Source of the DNA: a gamma proteobacterium symbiont of Taylorina sp.
GTDB taxonomy: Bacteria > Pseudomonadota > Gammaproteobacteria > GRL18
DNA length: 64,000 nucleotides
NCBI GenBank assembly: GCA_025655455.1
Contig: JAHXIV010000006.1
Span: 20,045-84,044 of the forward strand
Direction of reading: 5' to 3'
The notes below the pieces were generated by a model that saw nothing but the letters and a program-made list of their open reading frames with translations, was not told the origin of the DNA and made no database searches. A program made the translations under genes and the position numbers. Below are positions 1-11,300 of this stretch, one piece after another (position 1 is the first letter of the stretch; the number at the start of each line of letters is the position of its first letter).

Positions 1-2
1 CT

Positions 3-800
3 GACGGCACGCCATTTATGTATAAGTTTGATGAGCGAGAAGAGCTGGCACCCAGGGATATTGTGGCACAGGCTATTGATTATGAAATGAAACGCACAGG
101 TTCTGATTATGTCTACCTCGATATAACACATAAATCCCCTGAATTTATTAAAGATCACTTCCCTACAATCTATAAGCAATGTCTTAAATTCGGCATTGAT
201 ATTACTAAAGAATTTATCCCGGTAGTTCCTGCTGCTCATTATACCTGTGGCGGTATTATGACTGACCTTGATGGTCAGACTGACATTCATAATTTATATG
301 CCATTGGTGAAACTGCCTTTACAGGTTTACACGGTGCTAATCGCATGGCCAGTAATTCTTTACTGGAATGTCTGGTTTTCGGTAAAGCCGCTGCAAAAAA
401 AATCTCCCGGGATTTACCTGATTATGAATGTGAACCCATACTGCCGCCCTGGGATGACAGTCGTGTAACCGGTTCAGAAGAATGCGTCATGGTGACACAC
501 AACTGGGATGAATTACGACGTTTTATGTGGAGTTATGTCGGCATTGTACGCAAAAACAAACGCCTGCTTCTGGCCAGACATCGCGTTAATTTGCTCAAAC
601 AAGAAATTGATGATTACTATCGTCAATATCTGATTAATACTGATCTCATTGAGTTAAGAAATCTGGTCACCGTTGCTGAATTAATTATCAATAGCGCGAT
701 GCAGAGAAAAGAAAGTCGAGGTCTACACTATACCCTTGATTATCCTTATAAAGATGATAAACAATTTCTCAAAGATACTATTTTAATTCCCCACCCCTAA
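3..800 (+). CDS. nadB: L-aspartate oxidase, 5'-partial
   Basis: [33 protein letters not shown] and RKESRGLHY motifs; frame open to the window start. Confidence 0.95.
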   Translation, partial: DGTPFMYKFDEREELAPRDIVAQAIDYEMKRTGSDYVYLDITHKSPEFIKDHFPTIYKQCLKFGIDITKEFIPVVPAAHYTCGGIMTDLDGQTDIHNLYAIGETAFTGLHGANRMASNSLLECLVFGKAAAKKISRDLPDYECEPILPPWDDSRVTGSEECVMVTHNWDELRRFMWSYVGIVRKNKRLLLARHRVNLLKQEIDDYYRQYLINTDLIELRNLVTVAELIINSAMQRKESRGLHYTLDYPYKDDKQFLKDTILIPHP

Positions 801-810
801 CTTACCTCTT

Positions 811-1356
811 TTAAGAATCCAGTTTTTTAAAGCGTAAATAGCGTTTTAATTTCCAGAAATCATGGCGACCAACACTACCTGCTGTGATCAGAATACTATA
901 GCGTCCGTGAAAAACTGAGGTTTTAGTTCTATTTTTCAAATTTAAAATAACCAGATGTTCACTTAAAATAGTATCAGACAAAATGACTGTTTTTAATATC
1001 TGAGTATTATTCAATTGAATAAAACACCATTCAAGTTCAGTGAAAACCAGTTTTTGTATGGATTCAGGATGATTAAATAATAGATATTTACGAAATATTA
1101 ACTGAAAATAAGTACTTGCGGCTATCACAAGAATAAAGGTAAACCACATTGAAACAGGTAATAAAAATAAGGAAACAATGACCAGCATGAAAAATATCAA
1201 ATAGATTTCCAGCAGCCAGTGGTTCGGCTTTAACTCAAGTAATAAGCCACTTGCCGGTAATTTTTCAACTTCAGTAGATAAGATCTCTCTGTTTAATAAT
1301 TGTGAGTCCATCTTGATTCTGATCTTTTCCGTCATTATATATGGTAGATAATCCAC
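811..1356 (-). CDS. YgfX-like inner-membrane protein
   Basis: Two hydrophobic helices then a soluble tail (LVILNL...RRLK-like end); position between nadB and ygfZ. Confidence 0.6.
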   Translation of the reverse strand: MDYLPYIMTEKIRIKMDSQLLNREILSTEVEKLPASGLLLELKPNHWLLEIYLIFFMLVIVSLFLLPVSMWFTFILVIAASTYFQLIFRKYLLFNHPESIQKLVFTELEWCFIQLNNTQILKTVILSDTILSEHLVILNLKNRTKTSVFHGRYSILITAGSVGRHDFWKLKRYLRFKKLDS

Positions 1357-1374
1357 TAAAGAGTATCACAACCA

Positions 1375-2406
1375 ATGCCAAATAATTGGATCGAATTTCT
1401 TACTGAGTCCGGAGCCTCTTTCAATGAGCAGCAGGAAGTAAGCTTTAAACAATCAATTAATAGCTTTTCAGATGAACTCTATCTGACTGATTTATCCTAT
1501 CTGGGTCTTTTAGAAGCCAAGGGAGAAGATAGTAACACTTTCCTGCAAGGTCAGTTAACTAATGATATTAGCCACATTAACTCATCTACTTCACAGCTTA
1601 GCGGCTTGTGTACCCCTAAGGGTCGCCTACGCGCCCTTTTTTCTATTCATAGTCACAATGAAAAATTCTATTTACAGTTACCCAAATCAATGCTTGAAGC
1701 AAACCTTAAGCGTTTAAAAATGTTTGTTATGATGAGCAAAGTTGAATTAACAGATATCAGTGATGAACTGATTAAGATTGGGATTGCAGGAACCTCTGCT
1801 GAAAAAATTCTGGTCGGGTTTGGCTTTAGTATTCCTGAAAAAAGTAATGATGTCAGTCATTATAACAATACACTATTAATACGTCTTTCCGGCCAACATC
1901 CCCGCTTTGAATGTATTGGTTCTTTTACACAAATAAAAGGACTATGGCAAAAAATACAAGCCACGGCGCAACTTCTGGACACAAGACACTGGAAATTATT
2001 GGATATTCAGGCAGGTATTCCAACGGTACAAAGCGAAACTCAGGAAAGCTTTATTCCACAAATGCTTAATTTGCAAGCCCTCAATGGAATCAACTTTAAG
2101 AAAGGCTGTTATACAGGGCAGGAAATTGTTGCAAGAATGCAATATTTAGGTAAATTAAAACGCCGTATGTATCTGGCTCATTGTGAAACAAGCAATCCCC
2201 CTCTCCCTGGGCAGGAATTATATTCTAAAACAGCCAAAAGTGGTCAGGGTGCTGGTCATATTGTTGATGCACAAATAGCTTTAAAAGGCGGTACTGATTT
2301 ACTGGCGGTGATTACAAACGATGCCATCGAAAATAATGATATTTTTCTTGATGAAGCCATGGCAATTCCACTGATGATTCAGGAACTGCCCTATACTTTT
2401 GAATAA
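1375..2406 (+). CDS. ygfZ: Folate-binding Fe-S/tRNA-modification protein YgfZ
   Basis: KGCYTGQEIVAR signature; FLQGQLTNDI. Confidence 0.95.
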   Translation: MPNNWIEFLTESGASFNEQQEVSFKQSINSFSDELYLTDLSYLGLLEAKGEDSNTFLQGQLTNDISHINSSTSQLSGLCTPKGRLRALFSIHSHNEKFYLQLPKSMLEANLKRLKMFVMMSKVELTDISDELIKIGIAGTSAEKILVGFGFSIPEKSNDVSHYNNTLLIRLSGQHPRFECIGSFTQIKGLWQKIQATAQLLDTRHWKLLDIQAGIPTVQSETQESFIPQMLNLQALNGINFKKGCYTGQEIVARMQYLGKLKRRMYLAHCETSNPPLPGQELYSKTAKSGQGAGHIVDAQIALKGGTDLLAVITNDAIENNDIFLDEAMAIPLMIQELPYTFE

Positions 2407-2517
2407 TCACTAAGATTATCTAAAAACTGTTTATCACAAAAATATGTACTTTTTATTTGGCTGAATAACAAACCAGTTCTCTGTACATCTTCTGCCAAAT
2501 TTATCCTTTCTTTGAAT

Positions 2518-4086
2518 TTAATCAGTTATAGTCACCGTACTTCTATCACTGGCAACTGTTTCATCAATAATATTACCTTGCTTATCCAAGGCAAAGAGGC
2601 GTACTTCTAAAACAATGCCATCAAGTCCTTTTGGTAATAGCAGAGTAAAAATAAGTAAACCATCATACTCAAAATAAAAATCAGAAGTCAGAACTACTGT
2701 TTTCTCTTGAAATTCAGCACTGCTGGGATTTTCTTCAGAAAAAACAGGTTCTGGAATATTAAATTCTAGTAAATAACTATTGGCATCAGGATATTCTGTC
2801 CAGATAAACAGGTTATTTTTACCGCCATAGATTTTATCATTATCAATAGGCAATACCCATGAAGTTCGGGGCACTTTACTCTGAATAGTCTTGTTCTTTC
2901 CTGCTGTTACAGTAAATGTATTACCTTCCCTGTCTGTTACATCAACAGTGCCAGTTTCTACACTCACAGTTAAAGTACCATCTATTCCAGCCTGAGAATA
3001 GTTGGCAGTAAATGTTGCAGACTCAGCATTTCTTTGTGTTGTGGGACATGAGATGATATTTGCCAGAGGTGTCAGAACTTCATAATTACAGTCTACAGTA
3101 GCTGTAACTTCACCACGAATCAGTGTAATAGAGTTATTTGTTTGTACAATGGGATTTAAAACGGCAACTGTTTCTTGTTTAACTTCAATAACACTGCCAT
3201 CATCACGCTTAATGGTGGTTGCTGAATCTATCAGTGTGAATAAAGCCCCTACATCTGGAATTGTGCTGGAGGTGGTGAGCATATCTGCATCAGTGGGAGT
3301 TATTGAGAAGGAGGTACCTGTTGTGCCTTGTACTTCAGCTATTGGTGTTACATTCTGAGTCGATGCAGTAATTGTAATAACGTCATGATAAGTATTATTA
3401 CCATCTGTTGAGATTATTTCATCGGTACCAACATATCCTATATCTGCTGTATAATTAGTAATTCTCTCCTCTTGAACTCCTGTTTGTGTACCACACTCAG
3501 ATAATTCATCTTCAAGGCTCATGTATCTAATACCTTGATCTACAAGCTTCCCATGTGAAGGAAGAGTAGTAAAATCGGATAGATCAAGATCTGGTGCAGG
3601 CGAACCACAATTGCTTCCGGAGTCAAAATAAATTGATTCACCAGATACTACTGTATAATTATTAACTATTGGTGTTACATTCTGAGTTGATGCAGTAATT
3701 GTAATAAAGTCATGATAAGTATTATTACCATCTGTTGAGATTATTTCATCGGTACCAACATATCCTATATCTGCTGTATAATTAGTAATTCTCTCCTCTT
3801 GAACTCCTGTTTGTGTACCACACTCAGATAATTCATCTTCAAGGCTCATGTATCTAATACCTTGATCTACAAGCTTCCCATGTGAAGGAAGAGTAGTAAA
3901 ATCGGATAGATCAAGATCTGGTGCAGGCGAACCACAATTGCTTCCGGAGTCAAAATAAATTGATTCACCAGATACTACTGTATAATCATCAGCTAAAGCT
4001 GCATGATTTAAAATCATCAGTGTAATTATGAGAGTATGAAATAATGTTCTTAATATTACCTTTTTATAACAAAAATTATTGTACAT
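2518..4086 (-). CDS. Secreted protein: signal peptide, 2x Ig/cadherin-like domain, FecR-like domain and C-terminal beta-sandwich
   Basis: Signal-like N-terminus ending AALA; two 109-aa repeats; C-terminal ~270 aa clearly homologous to 54991..56379. Confidence 0.7.
   Translation of the reverse strand: MYNNFCYKKVILRTLFHTLIITLMILNHAALADDYTVVSGESIYFDSGSNCGSPAPDLDLSDFTTLPSHGKLVDQGIRYMSLEDELSECGTQTGVQEERITNYTADIGYVGTDEIISTDGNNTYHDFITITASTQNVTPIVNNYTVVSGESIYFDSGSNCGSPAPDLDLSDFTTLPSHGKLVDQGIRYMSLEDELSECGTQTGVQEERITNYTADIGYVGTDEIISTDGNNTYHDVITITASTQNVTPIAEVQGTTGTSFSITPTDADMLTTSSTIPDVGALFTLIDSATTIKRDDGSVIEVKQETVAVLNPIVQTNNSITLIRGEVTATVDCNYEVLTPLANIISCPTTQRNAESATFTANYSQAGIDGTLTVSVETGTVDVTDREGNTFTVTAGKNKTIQSKVPRTSWVLPIDNDKIYGGKNNLFIWTEYPDANSYLLEFNIPEPVFSEENPSSAEFQEKTVVLTSDFYFEYDGLLIFTLLLPKGLDGIVLEVRLFALDKQGNIIDETVASDRSTVTITD
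3339..3986. repeat. Tandem direct repeat, 2 x 321 bp (3339-3659 and 3666-3986), period 327 bp
   Basis: Read directly; only 2 mismatches seen. Confidence 0.95.
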
Positions 4087-4296
4087 AATATCTTTTCCTT
4101 TTTTATATTGTTATTAATTAATCTACAGTGTCTTCAATATAAAACTAAAATACTCTTCTAAATATTTTCTTTTCACATATTTCTGTCAGATAATATAGCG
4201 AGTCATAATATCCTACAATAGATTAGCTGTATATATTTAAATAATTCAGGAAATGCATTATAGTCATTATCTATTGAATAACAGGAATTATTTCTT

Positions 4297-4506
4297 ATGC
4301 AATTAGGACTGGAATTAATATTAATGGGTATGGGAACGGTTTTTAGCTTTCTTGTAATACTGGTTTTTTGTATTAACATAATGTCAAAAGTAGTAAGTTT
4401 ACTGGAGCCAGACAGTATTGAAACTGATCAAAATAATATACCTGATGAGACTTTGATTGCTGTGATAAGTGCGGCCATACATCAACATCGCCATAAAAAA
4501 TTATAG
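4297..4506 (+). CDS. oadG: Oxaloacetate decarboxylase gamma subunit (OadG family)
   Basis: LMGMGTVFSFL transmembrane segment; AVISAAIHQHR tail. Confidence 0.85.
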   Translation: MQLGLELILMGMGTVFSFLVILVFCINIMSKVVSLLEPDSIETDQNNIPDETLIAVISAAIHQHRHKKL

Positions 4507-4521
4507 TCGAGATATATCTTA

Positions 4522-6306
4522 ATGTTAGAGAAGCCAATATTACAAAAGAAGTTAGGTATTACAGAGCTGGTTCTGCGTGATGGCCATCAATCACTGCTTG
4601 CGACACGGATGCGTCTGGATGATATGCTTCCAATTGCAGAAAAACTGGATCAAATCGGTTACTGGTCGATAGAAAGCTGGGGTGGTGCAACCTTTGATTC
4701 CTGTATTCGTTATCTTGGTGAAGATCCCTGGGAAAGAATCAGAAAAATTAAAGAAGTGATGCCGGATACCCCTCAGCAGATGCTGCTGAGGGGACAAAAT
4801 ATTTTAGGTTATCGTCATTATGCTGATGATGTGGTGGAAAAATTTGTAGAACGTGCAGCGGTCAATGGTATTGATGTGTTTCGTATCTTTGATGCTATGA
4901 ATGATCCCAGAAATTTTATTACAGCAATCAAGGCGGCTGTGGATAATGACAGACATGCACAGGCAGCTCTTTCTTATACGACCAGTCCGGTTCATAGTCT
5001 GGATTTATGGGTAGATTTAGCCGCACAACTGCGGGATCTGGGCGCACATTCAATTTGTATCAAGGATATGGCGGGACTGCTAAAACCTTATGATGCCTAT
5101 AAACTTGTCTCATTGCTAAAGAATGAACTTGAAATTCCAGTTCATTTACATAGTCATGCTACAACCGGGCTGTCAACAGCAACTCTGCTGAAGGCTATTG
5201 AAGCAGGAGTGGATAATGTAGATACTTCTATTTCATCCATGAGTATGACCTATGGTCATTCAGCGACAGAGACCATAGTGGCAATGCTGGAAGATGAGCA
5301 GCTCACAACCGGACTTGATTTAATGCAATTAGAAGAAATTGCAGGACATTTTCGTGAAGTACGTAAGAAATATGTTAAATTTGAAGGATCTCTAAAAGGG
5401 ATTGATTCACGCATATTAGTGGCTCAGGTACCTGGTGGCATGTTGACTAATATGGAAAATCAACTGAAAGAGCAGGGGGCAAGTGAGCAATTTGATCAGG
5501 TATTGGAAGAAATTCCAAAAGTCCGGGCTGATCTGGGCTATATTCCGTTAGTGACACCTACTTCACAAATTGTGGGTACTCAGGCTGTATTGAATGTGTT
5601 AAATAATGAACGTTATAAAATAGTCACCAAAGAAACAAAGGGTATTCTTAAAGGAGAATATGGTGCGACACCGGCCAAAGTCAATCAGGCTCTGCAAACT
5701 CGAATTCTGGATGGAGAAGCAGCCATCAGCTGTCGTCCTGCTGATAAGATTGATGCGGAAATTGATCAACTCAGCAAGCAGCTGAAAAGTATTGCTATTG
5801 TGAAAAAGTTGACTCTGGCAGAAAATGAAATTGATGATATTTTAACCTATGCTCTATTTCCACAAGTGGGTCTTAATTTTCTCGAAAATCGTGATAATCT
5901 GCATGCCTTTGAAGCAATTCCCTCTGCCAATGATGTGACAGACACTGGCAGTCATATAACAAAAAATAATTCCGGCAGTAATGTTTATACCGTCACCGTC
6001 TCAGGAACTTGCTATATTGTTCAGGTTGATGAAGGTGGTGATGTTGAGACTATTTCCACTCCGTCAGACAGTTCATTTTCTATACAGGAAGAATCAATTA
6101 ATGCACCCTTAAGTGGAACTATTTTTAAAATTCTGGTTGATCAGGGACAAAAAATTAATGAGGGTGATGTATTGCTCATCCTGGAAGCAATGAAAATGGA
6201 AACTGAAATTCGTGCTGTCAAAGCAGGCATGATTATGAGTATTGATATTAAAGAAGGTGATACAGTTTCAGTTGGTGATAATTTATTGACTCTCTCTATT
6301 AATTAA
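4522..6306 (+). CDS. oadA: Oxaloacetate decarboxylase alpha subunit with biotinyl domain
   Basis: [32 protein letters not shown] biotin site. Confidence 0.92.
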   Translation: MLEKPILQKKLGITELVLRDGHQSLLATRMRLDDMLPIAEKLDQIGYWSIESWGGATFDSCIRYLGEDPWERIRKIKEVMPDTPQQMLLRGQNILGYRHYADDVVEKFVERAAVNGIDVFRIFDAMNDPRNFITAIKAAVDNDRHAQAALSYTTSPVHSLDLWVDLAAQLRDLGAHSICIKDMAGLLKPYDAYKLVSLLKNELEIPVHLHSHATTGLSTATLLKAIEAGVDNVDTSISSMSMTYGHSATETIVAMLEDEQLTTGLDLMQLEEIAGHFREVRKKYVKFEGSLKGIDSRILVAQVPGGMLTNMENQLKEQGASEQFDQVLEEIPKVRADLGYIPLVTPTSQIVGTQAVLNVLNNERYKIVTKETKGILKGEYGATPAKVNQALQTRILDGEAAISCRPADKIDAEIDQLSKQLKSIAIVKKLTLAENEIDDILTYALFPQVGLNFLENRDNLHAFEAIPSANDVTDTGSHITKNNSGSNVYTVTVSGTCYIVQVDEGGDVETISTPSDSSFSIQEESINAPLSGTIFKILVDQGQKINEGDVLLILEAMKMETEIRAVKAGMIMSIDIKEGDTVSVGDNLLTLSIN

Positions 6307-6526
6307 TATTTAAAAATAGCGCCTAAATTCATAATAACTGACTTTACCTGAGTTAAGTTTTTTACTTGAGGTTATAGCAAGATACGATAATAGCGTTTTT
6401 TGATTATATAAATCTGGTACCGGGTCACATTTACTCTAATTAATGCTTATTTATTGAACTCTGATATTGTAAAATAGTCAAATATGGATTTGTCAAATTA
6501 AATAGTGATGATTAAGGAGATATCTC

Positions 6527-8209
6527 ATGACTGATAGCTACACTACAACTGCTTTTAATGATGAAAAAATGATCAACTATCCTGCTAAAATGATAGTTTC
6601 TTTGATCTTTTTTACGCTCTTTTTTCTTGGATCTACAGTCAGTGTGGCTGCTCCAGGGGCGCAATTAGTTAAAGATATTAACCCTGGTTCTGGTGGAAGT
6701 CAAATGTACAATATCAGTGCCGGTAGTGGACGGTTATTCTTTTCAGCAAATGATGAAGGTGTATCCAGTAGCAGACAAATATGGACATCTGATGGCACTG
6801 CAGCGGGAACTGTTAAATTAACCAACTTTGATTCTACTGAATATGGTATCCAATATTCGTCTAAAAACTATCTGGTTGTTAATAATATTTATTATTTTTA
6901 CCTGCGTCGTTTGTCTGACAATATCTATGAGCTTTGGAGAAGTGATGGTACTGTTGCCGGAACATTCAAACTTATCGACCTGCCAGGTTATCTTGATGAC
7001 AGATTCAAAACCGTTGGTGCAGGCGGATTATTTTACTTTGTACCCTTTACTGATAAAGAATATGGCCCTGAATTATGGGTCAGTGACGGCTCAGTTTCAG
7101 GAACCAGAATGGTTAAGGATATTAATCCAGGCACAGGGGGAAGTTCACCAAATAATTTAATGGAAGTTAATGACAAGCTTTATTTCCTCGTAAGTAATGA
7201 TCTATGGAGCAGTGATGGCACATCTGCAGGTACAAAGTTACTCGCTAATTTCAAGGAGCATTACACCAGAGATATGCGTTATATCAGCAATGTAAACGGT
7301 ATGATTTATCTTGCTTATTTAAGTGGTGAAAGTGGTGGAACTTATGAGTTATGGCAACACAATTCAAGTTCCGGACAAACAGTGATCCTTAAACGGTTTG
7401 ATGGCATTGCCTCTGATGGACAAAACTATACTGCGGTGGGTGATACGTTCTATTTTTCAGCAAAAGGGGTTGGCTCTAACTCAAAGGTCTATGATTTATG
7501 GAAAAGTGATGGTTCTGCAGATGGAACCGTGCTCGTCAAAGCTTTTGATTACTACACAGGTCCTGATAATTTGACTAATGTTGATGGCACACTCTTTTTC
7601 ACCGCCAGAGATGAAGCACATGGTACTGAATTGTGGAAAAGTAATGGTACAGCTAACGGTACCTTGATGGTTAAAGACATCAATGGTACCTCATATAGCT
7701 CTACACTTAATTGTTTTAGCCCGGTGAGTGATAGACTCTTTTTTATTCATAAAAAAACGAATTATGTCAAAGAATTATGGATGAGTGATGGTACTGAAAC
7801 AGCAACGTTTAATACTGATATTGGGGCAGATAATCTTAGATGTCCGGTCAAATTTAATGGGCAGCTGTACTTTTATGGTAACGATGCTGCAACGAAGGAT
7901 TATGGCAGTGAGTTATATCGCTATAACTTGTCTGCTAATGCCGCTGTTGTTCCTGAGATTATGGTATCGAGCAGTGGAACAAAGTTAAACATGTCATGGA
8001 ATACTGTGCCAGACTCCAGTAGTTATATATTAACCTTTGCACCTTATCCATTTAAAGGACCTGAAACGATAGGATCTGTGGATCTTGGTAATAGAACATC
8101 TTTATCTCTTGAGCTATGGAGCGGAGCGGCTTTTTATCTTATTCTACAGGCAAATCACTCTGGAATATTAAGTGATTATTCAAATATAGAACTATTTATT
8201 ATTAAGTAA
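6527..8209 (+). CDS. Secreted ELWxxDGT-repeat beta-propeller protein with FN3-like C-terminal domain
   Basis: Repeated ELW(R/K/V)SDGT and LVKDINPG motifs; signal peptide; real start may be a downstream Met. Confidence 0.85.
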   Translation: MTDSYTTTAFNDEKMINYPAKMIVSLIFFTLFFLGSTVSVAAPGAQLVKDINPGSGGSQMYNISAGSGRLFFSANDEGVSSSRQIWTSDGTAAGTVKLTNFDSTEYGIQYSSKNYLVVNNIYYFYLRRLSDNIYELWRSDGTVAGTFKLIDLPGYLDDRFKTVGAGGLFYFVPFTDKEYGPELWVSDGSVSGTRMVKDINPGTGGSSPNNLMEVNDKLYFLVSNDLWSSDGTSAGTKLLANFKEHYTRDMRYISNVNGMIYLAYLSGESGGTYELWQHNSSSGQTVILKRFDGIASDGQNYTAVGDTFYFSAKGVGSNSKVYDLWKSDGSADGTVLVKAFDYYTGPDNLTNVDGTLFFTARDEAHGTELWKSNGTANGTLMVKDINGTSYSSTLNCFSPVSDRLFFIHKKTNYVKELWMSDGTETATFNTDIGADNLRCPVKFNGQLYFYGNDAATKDYGSELYRYNLSANAAVVPEIMVSSSGTKLNMSWNTVPDSSSYILTFAPYPFKGPETIGSVDLGNRTSLSLELWSGAAFYLILQANHSGILSDYSNIELFIIK

Positions 8210-8349
8210 TATGATGTTCGTTTGATAAACCTAAAAAGCTTAGTTAAATCTACTTTGAATGTCTAAATCATTCACGTTATGATTTAACTGAATTATTCAG
8301 GATAAAAAAGCATCATTATGAATACCTTTTTTTATTTAACTGGTGAAAC

Positions 8350-11300
8350 ATGCTGATAGTTTACCCCTCTAATAAAATGGAGGATTTAGTCCAGTTACTA
8401 AAAGCGGTACAAGCTTATCGTGGTGATTCATTGAATGATGTTCTGCTTGCCGATACGATTTTGCTGGAAAGCAAGGGAATGCAGCATTGGCTCAATCTGA
8501 AACTGGCTGAGATTCAGGGCGTTGCTATGAATTACCAGTTTCAGATGCCGGGTAGTTTTATCTGGGATCTGGCCAGAACTCTGCTGGGTTCCGATCAGGT
8601 TCCCAGACAATCAGCTTATCGCAGAGAGGTGTTGGTCTGGCGGCTGGATGCCATGATGTGTACACGAGAATTTATTGATAATCCACTCTGTGCTCATGCC
8701 TGCCATTATTGGGCGGGTGATACTGAACAGCCGGATCTGCTAAAAAGATTCCAGCTGGCCACACAGCTGGCTGATATTTTTGAACAATATCTATTGTTTC
8801 GACCTGACTGGCTGTCCGGCTGGGAACAAAATAAAATGATAGCTGATGATAGCAGTATCGACACAGGCACAGAACAATGGCAGGCCTGGTTATGGCGTCA
8901 GCTGGTTTTAGACGAGCCATCTCATCCTGTTATACTGCAGAAAAAAACCATTAAAGCTATTGCTGAATATTCCGGCTCTCAACTACCTAAACAGATCATG
9001 ATCTTTGCCATCAACACCATGGCACCACAAACTCTGGATTTTTTTAATGCATTATCCTCCCGGGGACAGTGTAATATTCACCTGTTTTATCTCAACCCCT
9101 GTGTGGAATTCTGGGGAGATGTAAAAAGTGATAAAGCACGGGCACGTCAGATGCGGGAACAGAAAATTGAGCAATGGCTGGATATGAGTCCTGAGTTTAT
9201 CCTTGATAAAAGTCCGGCACAAATCAGTAATTCTTTACTGGCTAATCTGGGTCAGCAGGGAAAAGAATTTTTCAATTTATTACAGGATGTTAAAGGCTAT
9301 GAAATCAGTGCTTTTGATGAAGAATTTTATCAGGAGCCATTAGCTGATGAAAAGCCATCAGATACCAATTCGACAACAGTTTTAAGTGCTGTACAACGGG
9401 ATATTTTAACTTTATCCGAGCCGGAACAGTCGCAGACATTCAATGATCAATCCATAGTAATCAGTTCAAGTCATAGTGAATTACGAGAAATTCAGGCTCT
9501 ACATGATTATTTACTGCATCAGTTAAATGAACATCCTGACTGGAAACCACAGGATGTTGTTGTGATGTGTCCGGCCATTGAAGATTATGCACCTTATATT
9601 GAAGCTGTTTTTCGTCGTCCCTGGGATGAGGATGAAACAGATGATAGACCCCGTTTACCCTGTTCTATTGCTGATAGAACCTTAATGAATGCTGAGCCAT
9701 TAATTGCAGTCTTTGTTGAGCTATTGCAATTACCGGATAGTCGTTTTGAGATCAGCAAAATTCTTGATTATCTGCGTCTGCCTGCCTTACAGGCTAAATT
9801 TGGTTTTGAAAATTCTGAACTGGATACGATTGAGTGGTGGTTGCAGGAAGCCTCAGTTCATTGGGGACGGGATACAGCACACAAAAAACAGTTAGTGGGA
9901 CTGGATGATGCCAATGCTATGTTTACCTGGCAGTGGGGTCTGGAACGTCTTTTATCAGGTTTTGCTCAAAGTGATGCACAAGTTATCAGTTCTGAGCGTT
10001 TATTACTACCTCATGTTGAAGGACAGGATGCGCTGCTGCTTGGTCGTCTGATGCAATTACTGGAACGTCTTAAATATCATGCTGTTGAGCTATGCAGGTC
10101 ACGTACAGCACAAGAATGGCAAAGTTATCTGACTGGTTTAACAGAGAATTTTTTTCAGGTTCATCAAGAGGAACAGGCGGCTAATGAGCTGATCCGGCAG
10201 GTGATTAATGAATTAGTAGAAAATACAGCTCAGGCAAAATATGCAAAACAGATTGATTATGCTGTGGTGCGTAATTATCTACAGAAGCACTTTAGTTCAC
10301 CTGATAGTGCTAATCATTTTTTAACCGGGCAGGTTACATTCTGCTCTATGATGCCAATGCGCAGTATTCCCTTTAAAGTGATTGCTATTCTTGGTTTAAA
10401 TGATGGGCATTTTCCCCGTCAGAATACACCTATGAGTTTTGACTTAATGGCTCAGGGGCAGAGAAAACCAGGTGATCGTTCACGCCGTGGTGATGATCGT
10501 TATTTATTTTTAGAAGCACTGATTTCAGCACGAAACAATCTTTATTTGAGTTATCAGGGACGTGATATTCATAAAAATAGTGAACGCCAGCCCAGTTTAA
10601 TTGTTAAAGAATTAATGAATTATCTGACACAGAACTATCATTGGAAGTCAGCAATAGAACAGCCGCTGCATCCTTTTAGTAAAAATTGTTATATGGGCAA
10701 GCAGGCTGGTTTTGATCCCGGCTGGAAAAGAATGATCAGGCCGGGTGTGCGTCGTGATAATTGCATAAAACTTCTACCACTGGAATTAAATGAAGAGTCT
10801 GTTCGCTTAGAACATCTGGTGCGTTTTTTTGATAATCCCTTAAAAGAATTCTGTCATCATCGTTTAAATTTAAAGTTTGAAAATAATGAATTGACTATTG
10901 AAGATACTGAACCCTTTGTCACTCATGCATTGGATGAGTATCAAATTCGTGATGAGTTTTGTCAGGCCTTCTTAGATAGAGAGTTAAACAAGGAGCAAGA
11001 TCAAGAATCAGCTGAAAATTTGCTGGAAACAATTCGCATCAGTTATAAACTTGGTGGTCAATTACCTGATTCACCTTTAAGCCTTTCCAGCATGGAACAA
11101 TGGGAAGATGAAGCACTGATTATTAGTCAGGCTATTTCTGGTCAAGGTAAAATCACCACTGAGGATATTGAAGTAAAGGTGGGAGATATTCAAATTCAGA
11201 CTGAATTGCACTGGCTTAGTAAAGGTAAGCAATTATTATTGTGGCGCCCTGCAAAGCGTAACGCCAAAGATGATATGCGTCTCTGGCTGAACCATTTATT

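Noticed and set aside
8264-8286. taaatcat-N7-atgattta palindrome upstream of recC
   Set aside because: AT-rich, single occurrence, and not a LexA box
9170-9380. Short apparent insertions in RecC (also HinT and NadC)
   Set aside because: No clear match to the repeat families; these are variable loops and need an alignment to judge
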